Source: Podarcis gaigeae
Taxonomy: Eukaryota
Length of the DNA stretch: 64,000 bases
Strand: one strand, 5' to 3'
Assembly (NCBI GenBank): GCA_964106915.2
Contig: OZ066926.1
The number at the start of each line of letters is the position of its first letter. The first letter of the stretch is position 1. A program made the translations under genes and the position numbers. This document shows, one piece after another, positions 1-13,133 of the stretch. The notes below the pieces were generated by a model. It ran no database searches. It saw only the letters and a program-made list of their open reading frames with translations, and was not told the origin of the DNA.

Positions 1-318
1 AAAGGGACCCCTGACCATTAGATCCAGTCGTGACTGACTCAGAGGTTGCGGCGCTCATTTCACTTTATTGGCCGAGGGAGCCGGCGTACAGCTTCCAGGT
101 CATGTGGCCAGCATGACTAAACCTGCTTCTGGCGAACCAAAAGCAGCACACGGAAATGCTGTTTACCTTCCCACCGGAGCGGTACCTATTCATCTAATTG
201 CACTTTGACGTGCTTTCGAACTGCTAGGTTGGCAGGAGCAGGGACTGAGCAACGGGAGCTCACCCCGTCGCAGGGATTCGAACCGCCGACCTTCTGATCA
301 GCAAGTCCTAGGCTCTGT
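1..318 (-). mobile_element. Sauria SINE (partial, at window edge)
   Basis: Reverse complement of the typical Sauria SINE body (ggtcatgtggccagcatgact; gggattcgaaccgccgacc B-box region); near-identical to six other copies in the window. Confidence 0.85.
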
Positions 319-398
319 GACGGGAATAAAAGCCTCTTTAAAACTCAGCATCCTTAACAAACTACACTTTCCAAGATTGTTTGGGGGAAGTCATTACT

Positions 399-788
399 NN
401 NNNNNNNNNNNNNNNNNNNNNNNNNNNNNNNNNNNNNNNNNNNNNNNNNNNNNNNNNNNNNNNNNNNNNNNNNNNNNNNNNNNNNNNNNNNNNNNNNNNN
501 NNNNNNNNNNNNNNNNNNNNNNNNNNNNNNNNNNNNNNNNNNNNNNNNNNNNNNNNNNNNNNNNNNNNNNNNNNNNNNNNNNNNNNNNNNNNNNNNNNNN
601 NNNNNNNNNNNNNNNNNNNNNNNNNNNNNNNNNNNNNNNNNNNNNNNNNNNNNNNNNNNNNNNNNNNNNNNNNNNNNNNNNNNNNNNNNNNNNNNNNNNN
701 NNNNNNNNNNNNNNNNNNNNNNNNNNNNNNNNNNNNNNNNNNNNNNNNNNNNNNNNNNNNNNNNNNNNNNNNNNNNNNNNNNNNNNNN
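399..788. other. Assembly gap (N run)
   Basis: Run of N. Confidence 1.
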
Positions 789-845
789 TTATTGCATTAG
801 GCTCTTTATTCAACAACAACAACAAAATATATCAAAGCAACATTA

Positions 846-1205
846 AGGTAAAGGTAAAGGTACCCCTGCCCGTACGGGCCAGTCTTGACAGACTCTAGGG
901 TTGTGCGCCCATCTCACTTAAGAGGCCAGGGGCCAGCGCTGTCCGGAGACACTTCCGGGTCACGTGGCCAGCGTGACATCGCTGCTCTGGTGAGCCAGAG
1001 CCGCACACGGAAACGCCGTTTACCTTCCCGCTGGTAAGCGGTCCCTATTTATCTACTTGCACCCGGAGGTGCTTTCGAACTGCTAGGTTGGCAGGCGCTG
1101 GGACCGAGCAGCGGGAGCGCACCCCGCCGCAGGGATTCGAACCGCCGACCTTTCGATCGGCAAGCCCTGGGCGCTGAGGCTTTAACCCACAGCGCCACCT
1201 ACGTC
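846..1205 (-). mobile_element. Sauria SINE, full length, divergent subfamily
   Basis: (AAGGTA)n tail at left, tRNA-like head at right; TSD CAAAGCAACATTA at 833-845 and 1206-1218. Confidence 0.9.
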
Positions 1206-3254
1206 CAAAGCAACATTACAGCAACATAAAATACAAACAGAGGAAATCAATTAAAAGCCAAATTGAAGAAAATAACACATGGCACAAAATTCCTAAAATA
1301 CTCACCCAGCAATGCCATAAGGAAGACAATTCCTACCTCACCCCACTAAAAGATGAGCTGTGCAACAGAGGCTAATTTAACCACCCAAAGCTTGGGTAAA
1401 TAAAAATGTCTTACTCTGGCTCCTAAAAATTGACAATGACAGTGCGAGTCGTGGTTCCCTGGAGACAGCATCCCACAAATGGGCAACCACTGAAAAATAT
1501 AGTCGCTGATATATTACTACACTGGGATCAGGGGAAAGATAGGGCTAGCTTATGAAACTTTTAATATAGAAAAGGATATTGCCTTGGTACCATATTGAAC
1601 AGAATACAGCAGTGAGGTGGCGGCAGCAACTTTATTGAGTTTTCAAAACTTCAAAAAGACCCAGTTAAGGTAAAACATTCTCAGTTGTAGCTTATGCTAA
1701 CATAAAAACAAACTCTTAATATCCCATAAGGTGAAATATATACAGCGGACAAATATTAAGGATGCACCCCTTATAGCGTGCATACTTTATTTTAATTCCA
1801 AGAATTTATATTTTCATTTCCTGTGCAGGATTTAAATACCTTGCACTGGAGAAGTTTCATATATACTCCAGTTCTGAAGTCTTTATGATAAGATAATGTC
1901 TTGGGATGTGTCCATGTGTTTAAGCCTTCCCCCCACCCTCCACCGCAGCCGAGGTACAACACTAACCACTATTCTTTATAGATATTATTGTGTTAGATTA
2001 CAAATGTCTGGTCACTGAAGAGGACTTTATGTTGAATGTGTCTTGTTGATTCCTTTAAGGAGCACTTACATTTAACGGGCATTTGGCCTATAAGCAGATT
2101 ATAGGACTGCATTCTTAATATTTGCCTGTAGTGTATATTTTATTTTATGGAATATTTAAAGTTTATCTTTATGTTTGTACCACCTACAAACTGAGTATAT
2201 AACGTACAATTGAGTGCTTTACTTTAACTCAATCTTTTGGAAGTAGTATTTTGTTACTGAGAGTGGAACTTTTTTTTGTTTTTGAGGGTGTTTTGCTTTT
2301 AAGACTTTTTGTTTTTATTGTACTGAAAACCATATGCAGATGCCCACAACCAGACACTGGGTAAAAAATAAAGGGCCCCAAGATGTAGTCTATGTTACAG
2401 AAGTGTCAAGTACCCCTATCCAGTTTTCCAGCCAGTCTGCCATCCCCCCCATAGGATACTCCATTCTATTTTTTCCTCCCAACAGAATTTATTGTCATTT
2501 CCCCCCAACCGTCAGGCTATGTCCACATTAGCAGCTTGAAATGCACCGAGGCCAAGCCCCTCTCACTGCGTTTCAAGATTTTCTTTATAAAAATTGCTGT
2601 ACACACCACAGAGGGGGAGAGGATGTCTTCATCTGATGCTTGTTCCCTGCTTTGTTTCCCCATGCCTGCAACAACCCCCCCACTGCAACTCCAACGAAGC
2701 TGTCATCTGCACATGTGCAATAGCTATCTTTGACGTACACACCTCAGCTCAACTGTGGCTTATGTTTTCAAACCGGATGGCAGCTGGTTTAAGGAAAATG
2801 CATCAACAGTGATGTTTCTCAGGAAGCTACAGGGCACATATGGATTGCGGCTAACGTTATGTGTACTCGGCTTCAGTCACTAGCTGTGGGTGTGCACTGG
2901 AGCTGGAGTAAACTGTAATATTCTACGTACACAGCCTCAGTCAGCATTCTGTGGCTACTGAGCGTGCTCAGTCCCCATTGGGGTGTTTTGTGGGGGTGTG
3001 TGTCTCTGTTAGCCCCCCCCCCGCCCCCCGCTTCATATCGCACTTCTGCCAAAGGCTGCTGAAACCACTCTGTTTAGCACAGGTGATACCATTTTGGGTA
3101 CACAAGCATCAGTACTCAGTTCTGAACATCAGAAATGGAGGTTTCTGACCTCCAGAAATCAAGCAGCGGTTCAGACGGGTGTCATAGCCTTTTTGGCTGA
3201 ACCGTCACGAACAGCTGGTTCTGAGAAGGGTTCAGGAAAAGTGGCCACACTTAC

Positions 3255-3404
3255 GCATGCAGGGGGCATGGGCGCTTCGGCTTTGCTGGAAACCTGGAGC
3301 ACAGCGGTTGCAGGTCAGGCCGGTGACTCCATTCTTGCACTGGCACTGCCCTGTGGTCTGGTTGCAAATGGTGCTGACGGCGCCAATGGGATGACACTGG
3401 CAGG
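3255..3404 (-). CDS. NTN5: Netrin-5 coding exon 3 (laminin EGF V-3)
   Basis: 150-nt phase 1-1 exon, AG/GTAAG boundaries; [51 protein letters not shown] matches netrin LE3, and CQCHPIGA resembles NTN5. Confidence 0.9.
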
Positions 3405-3833
3405 CTGGAGAGGAAACAAAATGGGGAGACGGTGTTAGTGGCTTAGAATGCTGCGAGCTTCTCTGAAACTGGTCTGCCCCTCCCTCTCCCAGCATGGTCT
3501 TCTGAGAAGGTGCCATTGTTAGTTACTCCAGTGCTGTGTAGACTTTCTTACTGCTGTGCCCCAGGCGGAGGGCCTGTTAAGACTCTCTCCTCTCCCCCCC
3601 CCCCCCGCCACACACAATTTAGGTAAAGGTTATAAGTCTCAAGTTGTAGACTCCAAAATCGAAAGGATTCAGACACGCCTATGCTACCACTGTAAATATC
3701 ACACCATTCTCCACCCAAGAATGAGAAAGCTGCAAGGTTCTCTGAGAATTCTGAGGACTCTCGTAAAACTACATTTCCCAAGATGCCCCAGAAGCTTGCT
3801 GAAGGAATTTTCCCTCAGTGGAAGGGGGCATAT

Positions 3834-3905
3834 CTGAAGAAGTGTGCATGCACACGAAAGCTCATACCAAGAACTGACTTAGTTGGTCTTTAAGGTGCTA
3901 CTGGA
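3834..3905 (+). mobile_element. Penelope-like element terminal fragment
   Basis: ctgaagaagtgtgcatgcacacgaaagctcata...ttagttggtctttaaggtgctac resembles the reptile Penelope end motif. Confidence 0.6.
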
Positions 3906-4526
3906 ATGATTTTTTTTTTGTTTGTTTTGGAAGGGGGAAGGTTGCTAACTTGACTTGTGATCTTCAGGTTTTGAAGATACAACATTGACAGAGGTAGCAC
4001 ACTGGGTTTTTAAAAAAATTAATTTTCTTTATATCCTACCTTTTCTCCAAAGAGAACAAGGTGGTGTACGTGGTTCTCCCCTTCATATAATTCCCCACAA
4101 CGGCCCTGTGAGGAAGGTTAGGTGCTGACAGCCTCCAAGATAGTTCCTCCCACGTGCTGAGATCCTGAGAGAAAACCCCCTACAACGTGGATTGTTCGAT
4201 TCTGACATGCCTTCAGAATGTGGCAAACAGTGGAAACAGCCCAGCTCGTATCATGTGAGATGTCAAAAACAAGGAGCACATGGAAGAAGGGATGCATGGC
4301 CCCAGGGACTACTCACTGAACTGCCCCCCCCCAAAAAAAACGCACTAACAAGCTTCCATGCCAGTGGTGACTGCAGAAATACAGTGGGTTGCTTTTACTT
4401 AATGGATTTCCGATGGTGAAATCCAGATTAAATATGAAGAATGTGGGTTGGTGTTTTGATGATGTCAACATTAAAAAAAAAGTATGTGCACGCACAGCAT
4501 TTATTCCACCATAAACACCCATCTAG

Positions 4527-4868
4527 GGTACCCATGACTGTTAGATCCAGTTGCGGACGACTCTGGGGTTGCAGTGCTCATCTCACTTTACTGGCCGAGG
4601 GAGCCGGCGTTTGTCCACAGAAAGCTTCTGGGTCATGTGGCCAGCATGACTAAGCTGCTTCTAGCAAACCAGAGCAGTACACAGAAGTGCTGTTTACCTT
4701 CCTTCAGGAGCGGTACCTATTTATCTACTTGCACTTTGACATGCTTTCGAACTGCTAGGTGGGCAGGAGTTGGGACCAAGCAATGGGAGCTCACCCTGTC
4801 ACGGGGATTCGAACCGCTGACCTTCTGATCAGCAAGCCCTAGGCTCTGTAGTGCCACCTGTGTCCCAG
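4527..4868 (-). mobile_element. Sauria SINE
   Basis: SINE body; TSD AAACACCCATCTAG at 4513-4526 and 4869-4882. Confidence 0.9.
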
Positions 4869-5142
4869 AAACACCCATCTAGTAGCAGCCTCTCATTGCA
4901 TCTCCCTAAGTGTGGCCATTTTAGGGGAGCAGGAGATCAAAATTCCCTGAAACCTTACACAATTTTTTCCAGAATTCCGGGCAGCATGAGAGGGACAAAT
5001 AAATCCAAGCTGTACCCCCACTTTTATCTTCCCTTGTGGCTTTTTGGACATTGACAGGGCTAAACCCACCCAGGTACATCCCCTTCATTTGTCTGCTGTT
5101 TTCGGGTTGCACTGGTGTGTTGCCCCTACAAACCCCACTCAC

Positions 5143-5331
5143 CTTTACAGGCCTTGCTGCTCACCATGGGCCTGCTGAGGTCACGCTTGAAGCCTGGCAG
5201 GCAGTACTGGCAGTGGCGCCCTGCTGTGTGGTGGCGGCAGTTCAAGCAGATTCCACCACTTCGGCGCCCCGAGAGTTCGAAGAGCTCCATGCTGAACCGG
5301 CAACGGTGGGAGTGGAGGTGGCAGTCGCAAG
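5143..5331 (-). CDS. NTN5: Netrin-5 coding exon 2 (laminin EGF V-2)
   Basis: 189-nt phase 1-1 exon, cag/GTGAG boundaries; [51 protein letters not shown] is the canonical netrin LE2. Confidence 0.92.
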
Positions 5332-6723
5332 CTGAGGACGCAGGAAGGGGGTCTGTCAGCTCTGCCAGCTGCCCCTCCCAACCCTGTGGAAATCTCTTCC
5401 CCACCCAAGAACCCCCATCACCCCCTGCACCCCTGGAGCCCCTCACCTCTGTAGATGCATGCCCCGGTCCCCAATTTCTCCTTGAACAAAGGCCGGCCCT
5501 GCCAGTAGTCAGGGTACACCTTTGTCCGAGAGCCTGGATTTGTTTGTTTGCACCAGTGAAAATAGTCCAATACTCTAAACCATGAGTGGAGAAACTTGTT
5601 CTTCCTGAGGGCCACATTCTCTTCTAGGCAACCACCCAGGGGCAACAAATCAGTGGTGGGCGGGGCCAGAAGCAAAAGTGGGTGGAGCAACGAATGTTAA
5701 GTTTTCTCTTGTATAGTGGCTTGTTTCTTCACACGCTCGCATACCTCTGCCTTCCTCTCATCAAGGCAAGCAAGAAGCAAGGACACATTCTAGCCAGGCA
5801 AAAACACCCAAGGAGGGGTGGAAAGCAGGCCAAGTGGGATGTGTGCTTGGAGAGTGGGTGTGGCCTGGAGAAAGCCCCAAGGGCCAGGTAGAGAGGCCTG
5901 GAGGGCCACATTTGGCTCCCCTGGCCTGAGATTCCCAACCTCTGCCCAGTTGGTAGAGCATGAGACTCGGGGTCATGGCTTGCAGCCCCACATTGGGCAA
6001 AAGGATCCTTTAATTGCTGGGGATTGGACTAGAAATCAGTGGTTCCCAATTTTTTTTTGGCCATGCCCCACCTAAGCATCTCTAAAATCCTGATCCCCCG
6101 CCCCCCCCCCCCCGTGGCATATAATTCTTATTGTTCAAAACGTGAACTCCTATTCACATGGAGGAAGCCTAAAAGGCCATTAACTGTTAATAACTCATTC
6201 TTGAACTGCCCCCCTTAAAAATTAAATTGTCCCTCTGTGGGATGATCCTTGTGGTCTCTTCCAACTCTACAGTTCTGTGATACGTGGAATTGTGCTGCAA
6301 AAGCCCTCAAGGCTGTTAAACATGGTTGTAAGAATGTGAGCAGTTCTATGATCTAATACACAAAGCTAAATCTTGGAAGAGGGGGCCCAAGGAAACTTGG
6401 GCCACAATCACACCGTAAATTTAAAATGCTGTGAAGCCACAGCCATGGCTACCCCTATGGAATGATGGGAGCTGTAGCTGCTTAAAGGCTGTTCAGAGAC
6501 CCCTATTGGCCTCACAGGACTACAATTCCCAGAGTTCCCTGTGAAGAGGGATTGATTGTTAAGCCACAGCTCTGGAGAGGAAACCCACTCAGACACGGAC
6601 CAGGAAAACCCAGACTTGTGCCTAGAAAGGAAATGTGGATGAGCTCTAAATGAGCAGCCCAGCCCGGCTGTGGACACACAGTAACTCTCGGCCTTGCACG
6701 CTCAGCCTCTCCCTCTGCCTCAC

Positions 6724-7654
6724 CCACACACTCATGCGCGTCTTTGGGGGTTGCCCGCTGCCAAGGCCTGTCCCAGTAGAACGCTTTGCAGGTGTCGCAC
6801 TCCAGCCCGGCTGTGTTGTGGCGGCACTCGCACTGGGGCGCCCCTCCGTCCCGGCCGGCTGCGCACCGCGAGGCGTGTCCGTTGCATTTGCACCGGGCCC
6901 CAACCTGCAGCTCGGCCACTCCGTAAGACGCCTCCTTCCTCCGCAACCCCAGCGTCCGTGTCGGGTGCATGCGGTCGAACGACACGCGGAGGTCAGTGGC
7001 TGTGACCCAGTCCTGGAGCACGGGGCTGTACTCAAACATCCTGGCAGAGGGACGGCCTGCCAGGGGCATAAAGGCCACCAGCCCCCCAGTCAGAGGCTTG
7101 GGGGCCGTTTGGGCTTCGACACAAGCCGCCTCGTGCTCCATGGCCTTCAGGATGGCAGTGGTTGGCGGCAAATGGTAACGCCGCCGGCAGTGGGTGGAGA
7201 AGAACTGGAAGGGCACCCAGGTGCGCCCGTAGTCCATCGACTTGTAAATTGCAAGGGACTCTGGCCGTGGGGAGCAGAACCGTAGAGCCACGTAGAGAAC
7301 TTCCACCCGGCGCCCTAGAGCCAAAGTGAGTGTGGCGTTAGCCCCCGGCTGGGACCACCAGCAAGTGGCGCTGCCCTCAGCGTCGGTGAGGAACTCTGGC
7401 AAGTGGGCGTTTTCTTTGCAGCGCTGGCAGAATTTCGAGGCTGGGTCGGCGGAGTCCCGGAAGGCGCACAGTCGTCCAAGAGGGTTCCCGCACGTGCTGG
7501 ATGCTTCCACCAGGCGCCCTGAGGCCACTTCGGAGAGTTCAGGGAGGCAGTAGTGCGGGTGATGGTTGGCATCGTAGCAGGGATCGTGAGGGTCCGACGC
7601 CAGGCCCAGGAGGAATGGGAGGAAAACTGCAAAGCCCCATGGGAAGTGAAGCAT
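6724..7654 (-). CDS. NTN5: Netrin-5 coding exon 1 (signal peptide, laminin N-terminal domain VI, EGF V-1)
   Basis: ATG at 7654 just after a polypyrimidine-TAG acceptor; hydrophobic signal MLHFPWGFAVFLPFLLGLAS; DPCYD..CLP, RPESLAIYKSMDYGRTWVPFQFFS, SPVLQDWVTATD, RCKCNGHASRC; donor G|GTGAG at 6724. The NTN5 label rests on synteny with MAMSTR/IZUMO1 and the LE3 sequence. Confidence 0.88.
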
Positions 7655-8565
7655 CTCTAGGGGGGCAGGAAGGGAATGAGCCAAGAGTTGAAAGCTAACT
7701 ATACATCACCTGGAAAAGAAGGAGGGAGATAATGGTTGTAGTTGGACTGCTGTTGTCAATCACAGAAGAAGAAAAGGTCACAGTTGTTATGTATAATTGC
7801 TTAATTCACACAGAAATGGAGAATACCTGAATGTGTATTGCTGAAGGGATTTCCCAGGAGTTATATTAAGCTTTCTGAGCTCCTAGATGGGTTGATAATT
7901 AACTATTATTGTTCTTTGCTAGTTCTGGTGAGGTGTTTAACTTTAGATCACATGGGAGGCTATTGAACTACAAATTCGCCATCTTGGAAGGGTGGTGGCT
8001 GTAGTCTTTGTTCTCAGGCTCTGTGGGAGTAAGGATATGAAAATGAGCCTCTCCAGAATGTGAATGCCACTCCAGGCTTAAAGGAGAGAGAAATTTGTTT
8101 CTAGGTCTGTTTGGAATTATCTTTTGTTTCTTATAAGATGCTGAGCCTGTGCTGGACATGCACAAGATATTGTATTGAATTATTTGGATGTATCTTTAAT
8201 GTTTTTGTTCTGTTTTGAAGAAAGTTCTGCACTTAAAGCTTGAATCAAACTTACGGATGTAGACAATGTATTATAGCAAAAGGAATCAGTTTTCATGCAT
8301 CCAGTTGCTTCACGCTACGCAATATTAATATCTGCAGTAACATCCGCTTCTCCCTATTCACTCCTGTCTTGTTTACCCTCACTATTTCTCCAACAACGTA
8401 GAGCTTTCCTAGACTGGCGCTTTTTTGAGGGTATATACTGCAACATGTCCCTGATGCGGTGGATTCATACTGGACCATCCACACATCTTTCTGCTTTATT
8501 AGTTGTGCAGGGATGCTCCCCCAAAGTTATCATGCCATTGCCAACTGGGGGAGGGTACTCTACAG

Positions 8566-8696
8566 TATGGGCGTAGCCAGGATTTTTGTGGGGGGGGGCA
8601 GGCCTTTTGTTGGAGGGGGCAGAACCTCAGTTTGCTATGTATTTTATTGGTTTTTATTGATTGGGGGGGTAGCTGCCCCCCCTGGCTAAGCCCATG
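8566..8696. mobile_element. Small MITE with TIRs
   Basis: Termini ATGGGCGTAGCCAGG ... CCTGGCTAAGCCCAT are inverted repeats; no clear TSD. Confidence 0.6.
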
Positions 8697-9977
8697 CACA
8701 ATAGCACAACAAAAGCCAGAGGCAGGAATGACTGGAACATTTCTGTTATAATTAGCTGCAGGATTTCAGCAGAAAGCTATGGGACATGCATGGATTGGAA
8801 ACAGAGCAGTATGTCTGCCCCAAAACGTATGCAGGTGCAAACAGTTTTGAAAGTGGGATTGTGTATGACCACCCAATACCACCATGAGCGCAAATTCACC
8901 ATGAAAAGGACTACTATATGTAAAACACAATAAATGGGAGGCTCTTATTCTGCTGCATGAAATCTAAAGGTTTTCCCCTCAACATCTCACTCCTCTTGCA
9001 AAATGCCACATTTCCCTAGTGTTCAAAGTACAATATTTTGCCACTGGGAAAATGTGACCCACGGAGCTACGGTTCCCAGAATTCCCTGTGAAGAGGACTG
9101 TTAAACTACTCTATCAATTGTAGCTCTGTGAGGGGGATCTGTGGTCTCCTGAGAACTCTTCAGCACCCTTAACAAACTTCCCACAATTCTTTGGAGGAAG
9201 CCAGGACTGCTTAAAGCGGTATGATACTGCTAAATAAACAGGGTATTTGTAGAAGCCCCAAAATAGGATGCCCCTGCGGGTGGCCACTCCTTGGTAATCA
9301 CTAGTAGGGAGGTGAATTTGTCTGTGCACACACACACACCCTGCAAGTTGTCGCTGCACCTGTTCTTTGCTCTGTGATCATTCATGGAACAATAATTCAC
9401 ACACACACATATCTCAACGACCCGCTTCAATCTAGAAACTAGGCCCAAAGAGCCAAATAGATGAGAATTTAATGAGCATGAGAAACTAGCTTTAAACCCC
9501 CTTTTCACAGTAGAGGCACGAATGGGAATTAACCCAGTCCCAAGGGCTGGGGGTGGGGAAGAGAAATAAAGGGAGGAGGTAATAAGCAATGAGGGGTTGC
9601 ATCTGGTTATTAGTGTGGGTGTGGGTGTAGAGAGAGAGGAGGGTATAACTTGGGTCCAAAAATAAATGACTGCTCAAGGAGTGCTAATTTGTGGGATTAT
9701 GATAAGCCAAAATTCTCAATTTTCCCTGCGTGCCAGCACAGCTGGGGGTTGAGTAAACATGTTAGTTCCCCAAGGAGGCCACAACTATTGCACTTCAGGG
9801 CAGAAAAAAAGTATGGAGGGTGAGAGGAAATGGAGAAAAGTTTGTCCCCTCTCTATGGGGCAGCGGCCGGCTTCTCTTAGCAACGACCAAACCACCTAGG
9901 GATTGAGGAGTCCTCGTCTGTGGGTTAGGATAGGTCAGATTTTCAATTTTCTCTCTGTTCCTTATTGATCCTTAAAA

Positions 9978-10302
9978 AGGTCCAGTCGTGGCCGACTCTG
10001 GGGTTGCGGCGCTCATCTCGCTTTTTTGGCCAAGGGAGCTGGCGTACAGCTTCCGGGTCATGTAGCCAGCATGACTAAACCGCTTCTGGAGAACCAGAGC
10101 AGCGCACGGAAATGCCATTTACCTCCTGCCGGAACGGTACCTATTTATCTACTTGCACTTTGACATGCTTTTGAACTGCTAGGTTGGCAGGAGCAGGGAC
10201 CGAGCAACGGAAGCTCACCCCGTCGCGAGGATTCGAACCGCTGACCTTCTGATTAGCAAGTCCTAGGCTCTGTGGTTTAACCCACAGCACCACCATTGTC
10301 CC
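9978..10302 (-). mobile_element. Sauria SINE
   Basis: High similarity to the other copies. Confidence 0.88.
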
Positions 10303-10448
10303 TCAGGGTTATAACCAGAAGGAAATGCTGCCTGGCCTATTCTTATGGCAACCTAAAAGCAACACGACAGGCTAATAATTTGATTACAACACTTTATATA
10401 GCTACTAAATTGTATCTTCATTCAGAGTCAAGTGGCATACAATATATA

Positions 10449-10690
10449 CAGTGGTACCTCAGGTTAAGTACTTAATTCGTTCCGGAGGTCCGTACTTAAC
10501 CTGAAACTGTTCTTAACCTGAAGCACCACTTTAGCTAATGGGGCCTACTGCTGCTGCCGCGCCGCCGGAGCACGATTTCTGTTCTCATCCTGAAGCAAAG
10601 TTCTTAACCTGAAGCACTATTTCTGGGTTAGCGGAGTCTGTAACCTGAAGTGTATGTAACCTGAAGCGTATGCAACCCTAGGTACCACTG
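10449..10690. mobile_element. Tc1/mariner-pogo (Tigger-like) MITE
   Basis: TIRs CAGTGGTACCT...AGGTACCACTG with TA on both sides; near-identical copy at 25399-25641. Confidence 0.85.
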
Positions 10691-13102
10691 TACAAGAAAA
10701 CACCAACTAACATGACTTCAGATAATTTTCCAAAGGAGGGGATTTTTTCGATGATGTATCAAACAGAGAATGATTCAAGCTTGAGGCAACATGCCTTCCA
10801 AAAGAAGTATAAAGTCCAAACCACAGCACGGATGCGCCTGGTTATATTCACAACTTATTCATATATTTAGCAGTGAACATGCTGAAAGAATTTGGAGCTC
10901 CAGAGGCAGTAGCAGGGTAGCGATGCTCAGATAGGCGTAACCCCAGATTTTTCTGTTCGCAACACAGGGGATCTTGGCTGGCTTATTCTTATGCCTAACA
11001 CCAGCTTCATCTCAAGAAATCAACATGGAGAAACATTATGCCCTGTAATGCCTGTGAATCCATCAGGTGTTAAAAGGCAGAGCTATGGCCACTGGTTGAA
11101 AAGTTGGCAATCCTATTGTTGATTAATGTGAACCAGATTGTGCCTGGCTGTCATTGTTCATTATTTGTCATTGTGTGTGTGTGTGTGTGTGTGTGTGCTG
11201 TTGTTGTTTTTTTTAAATAAAGGCAAGCAACACACAAAACACATTCCTTTGACAAGTTTTGACATGTACCATCCACATATCACTACCAATACTTAAATCT
11301 CCAGCTGTGACATAACTTGTACCCAAAGACCCAGTGAAGATATATCTTAGGGGTTCCAGATACACCCACACCTAACTCACAGATGATATCATTGTAATTC
11401 TATCTAGTGCTTCCTAACTTGCTCAGTACGGCCCTCCAGATGTTGTCGGACTACATATTCCACCATTCCTGACCATTAACCATGCTGGCTGGGCCCGATG
11501 ATGGGTGCTGGAGTCCAAACAACATCTTGGAGGGCCACAGGTTCCCCATTCCTGGGAATCCAGGCCAAGGGAAGACTAATAATGCTTTCCAGGCAGAGCA
11601 CATCTGCTCCTACGAGATTTCTTCTTTACATGTGTCCATACCACATTTTGCAGCCATTCGTACATGCAAAAAGAAGTAAAGCTGCCAACTTTTTAATTTA
11701 GAGATGCTGACCATATAACCATGCCAGCTGGAAACAACCTGCGGGACAGGTCAGAGGAAGAATCAGGGCAACAGCTGGCTGATCAGAGGGCAGGGCTTGT
11801 AGGAAGCTGGCAGGGCTACCATTGAATGCATAGCCAAAAAAAGAGAAAATGTACCCACCCCAAGAGTTGACAGGTTTGCACAAAGTTTGCATGTGTACAG
11901 ATGCAAAGTTAGAAATAACAGGTATCATTTAAATAAAAATAAAATACAGCATAGAGATTGTGACCTAGTGACCTCCGTGCCTTCTCAGTTTGCTGCCCTG
12001 GTGCTGCTAACTGTTAATGGGAAACTTCAATACCCCTCCTGCTCGACTTTCTGGGGGTTCTTCAACCTTTCAAACAGGAGACCAAAGAGTAGGAAACATC
12101 CCCCCCCCCCAGAACAAAGGCAGAAGCTGATTGGTTAGGGTGTGGAGCCAGCAGGAGCCAGGGCAAAACTTGGCAGGTCAGGATGATGGTCTGGAGGGCT
12201 GGAACAGAGCTAGGATGGAATACGGAAAGAGCAAGACTGTAAGGCAAAATCACAAATCCTAAACTGGAGCAATATCTAACAGGTCATTTGATGGGCAATA
12301 CCTGGCAAAAGTCCAGAGTTAATGAACTTTTCAGATTCCCAAACTGGACCCCTGGAAGAACACGGTTATCCTCGTCTAACCAAACACCTTTAGGAGATAC
12401 TAAATGCACTTTTAGTGTGTCATTTTTGTAAAAACACGCACAGTGTGGGGATTAGAGAAGACACTATAAGCCACAAAACTGTGAAATCTGTGATTGACTG
12501 CTTTGGGGTGTGTTTTTATTTTATTTTATGACAGTCCTGAATAAGGTTTGAGATTCAAGTGAGACAGTCAATTATGGGATGGGCTGAGGCGCTGATGGAG
12601 GTCTGGCGACCCTAGAAGCCTGATCTCCTGTTTCTTCTCCCTTGATAGGGGATAATCCTTGGAAGAGAGGAAAGTGATGCCTCTGTCTTGTCTCTGATTT
12701 CTCCCCCCTCTCACACACTAATCACTAATTGCCTGGGGGGCTTTGATTGCGGAGCATTCCTCAGCCACCAGGGAGGTCTCTCCTGTCTCCTGCAGTGTGT
12801 GTGGCTCCTTCTCACTGACGGGCAGGCAGTTCCTTGTCCCCAGGCACGGTTGGACCCCCATCCCCATAATCTTCCCCTCTTCTGCAAGGATTGCTTTTGT
12901 AATTTCTCCCATGGAGGTCTAGGGGGCTGACATGTGTTGGAACTGGCCATCCACGTGGATTTAAAAAACCCCCCCAAAACCCCCAAGAGAGTAATGAGTA
13001 GAAGTCTGCTCTGAAATAACTTTCCTGAAATTGGATGACCAGGCTCTAGCCAGAAATGGGCTTACAAGGGGACCCTAAAGTACACCATTGTGTGTGTTTG
13101 TC

Positions 13103-13133
<31 letters not shown>

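Noticed and set aside
317-898. ORFs of 139-193 aa (and similar ones at 48146-48524)
   Set aside because: Artefacts of translating N runs
6650-7285. 211-aa plus-strand ORF and other overlapping ORFs
   Set aside because: Antisense shadows of the GC-rich NTN5 exon with no domain features
6512-7684. 390-aa ORF taken as a whole single-exon protein
   Set aside because: The first 10 codons are acceptor/UTR sequence and everything past the donor at 6724 is intron; the real exon is 7654-6724
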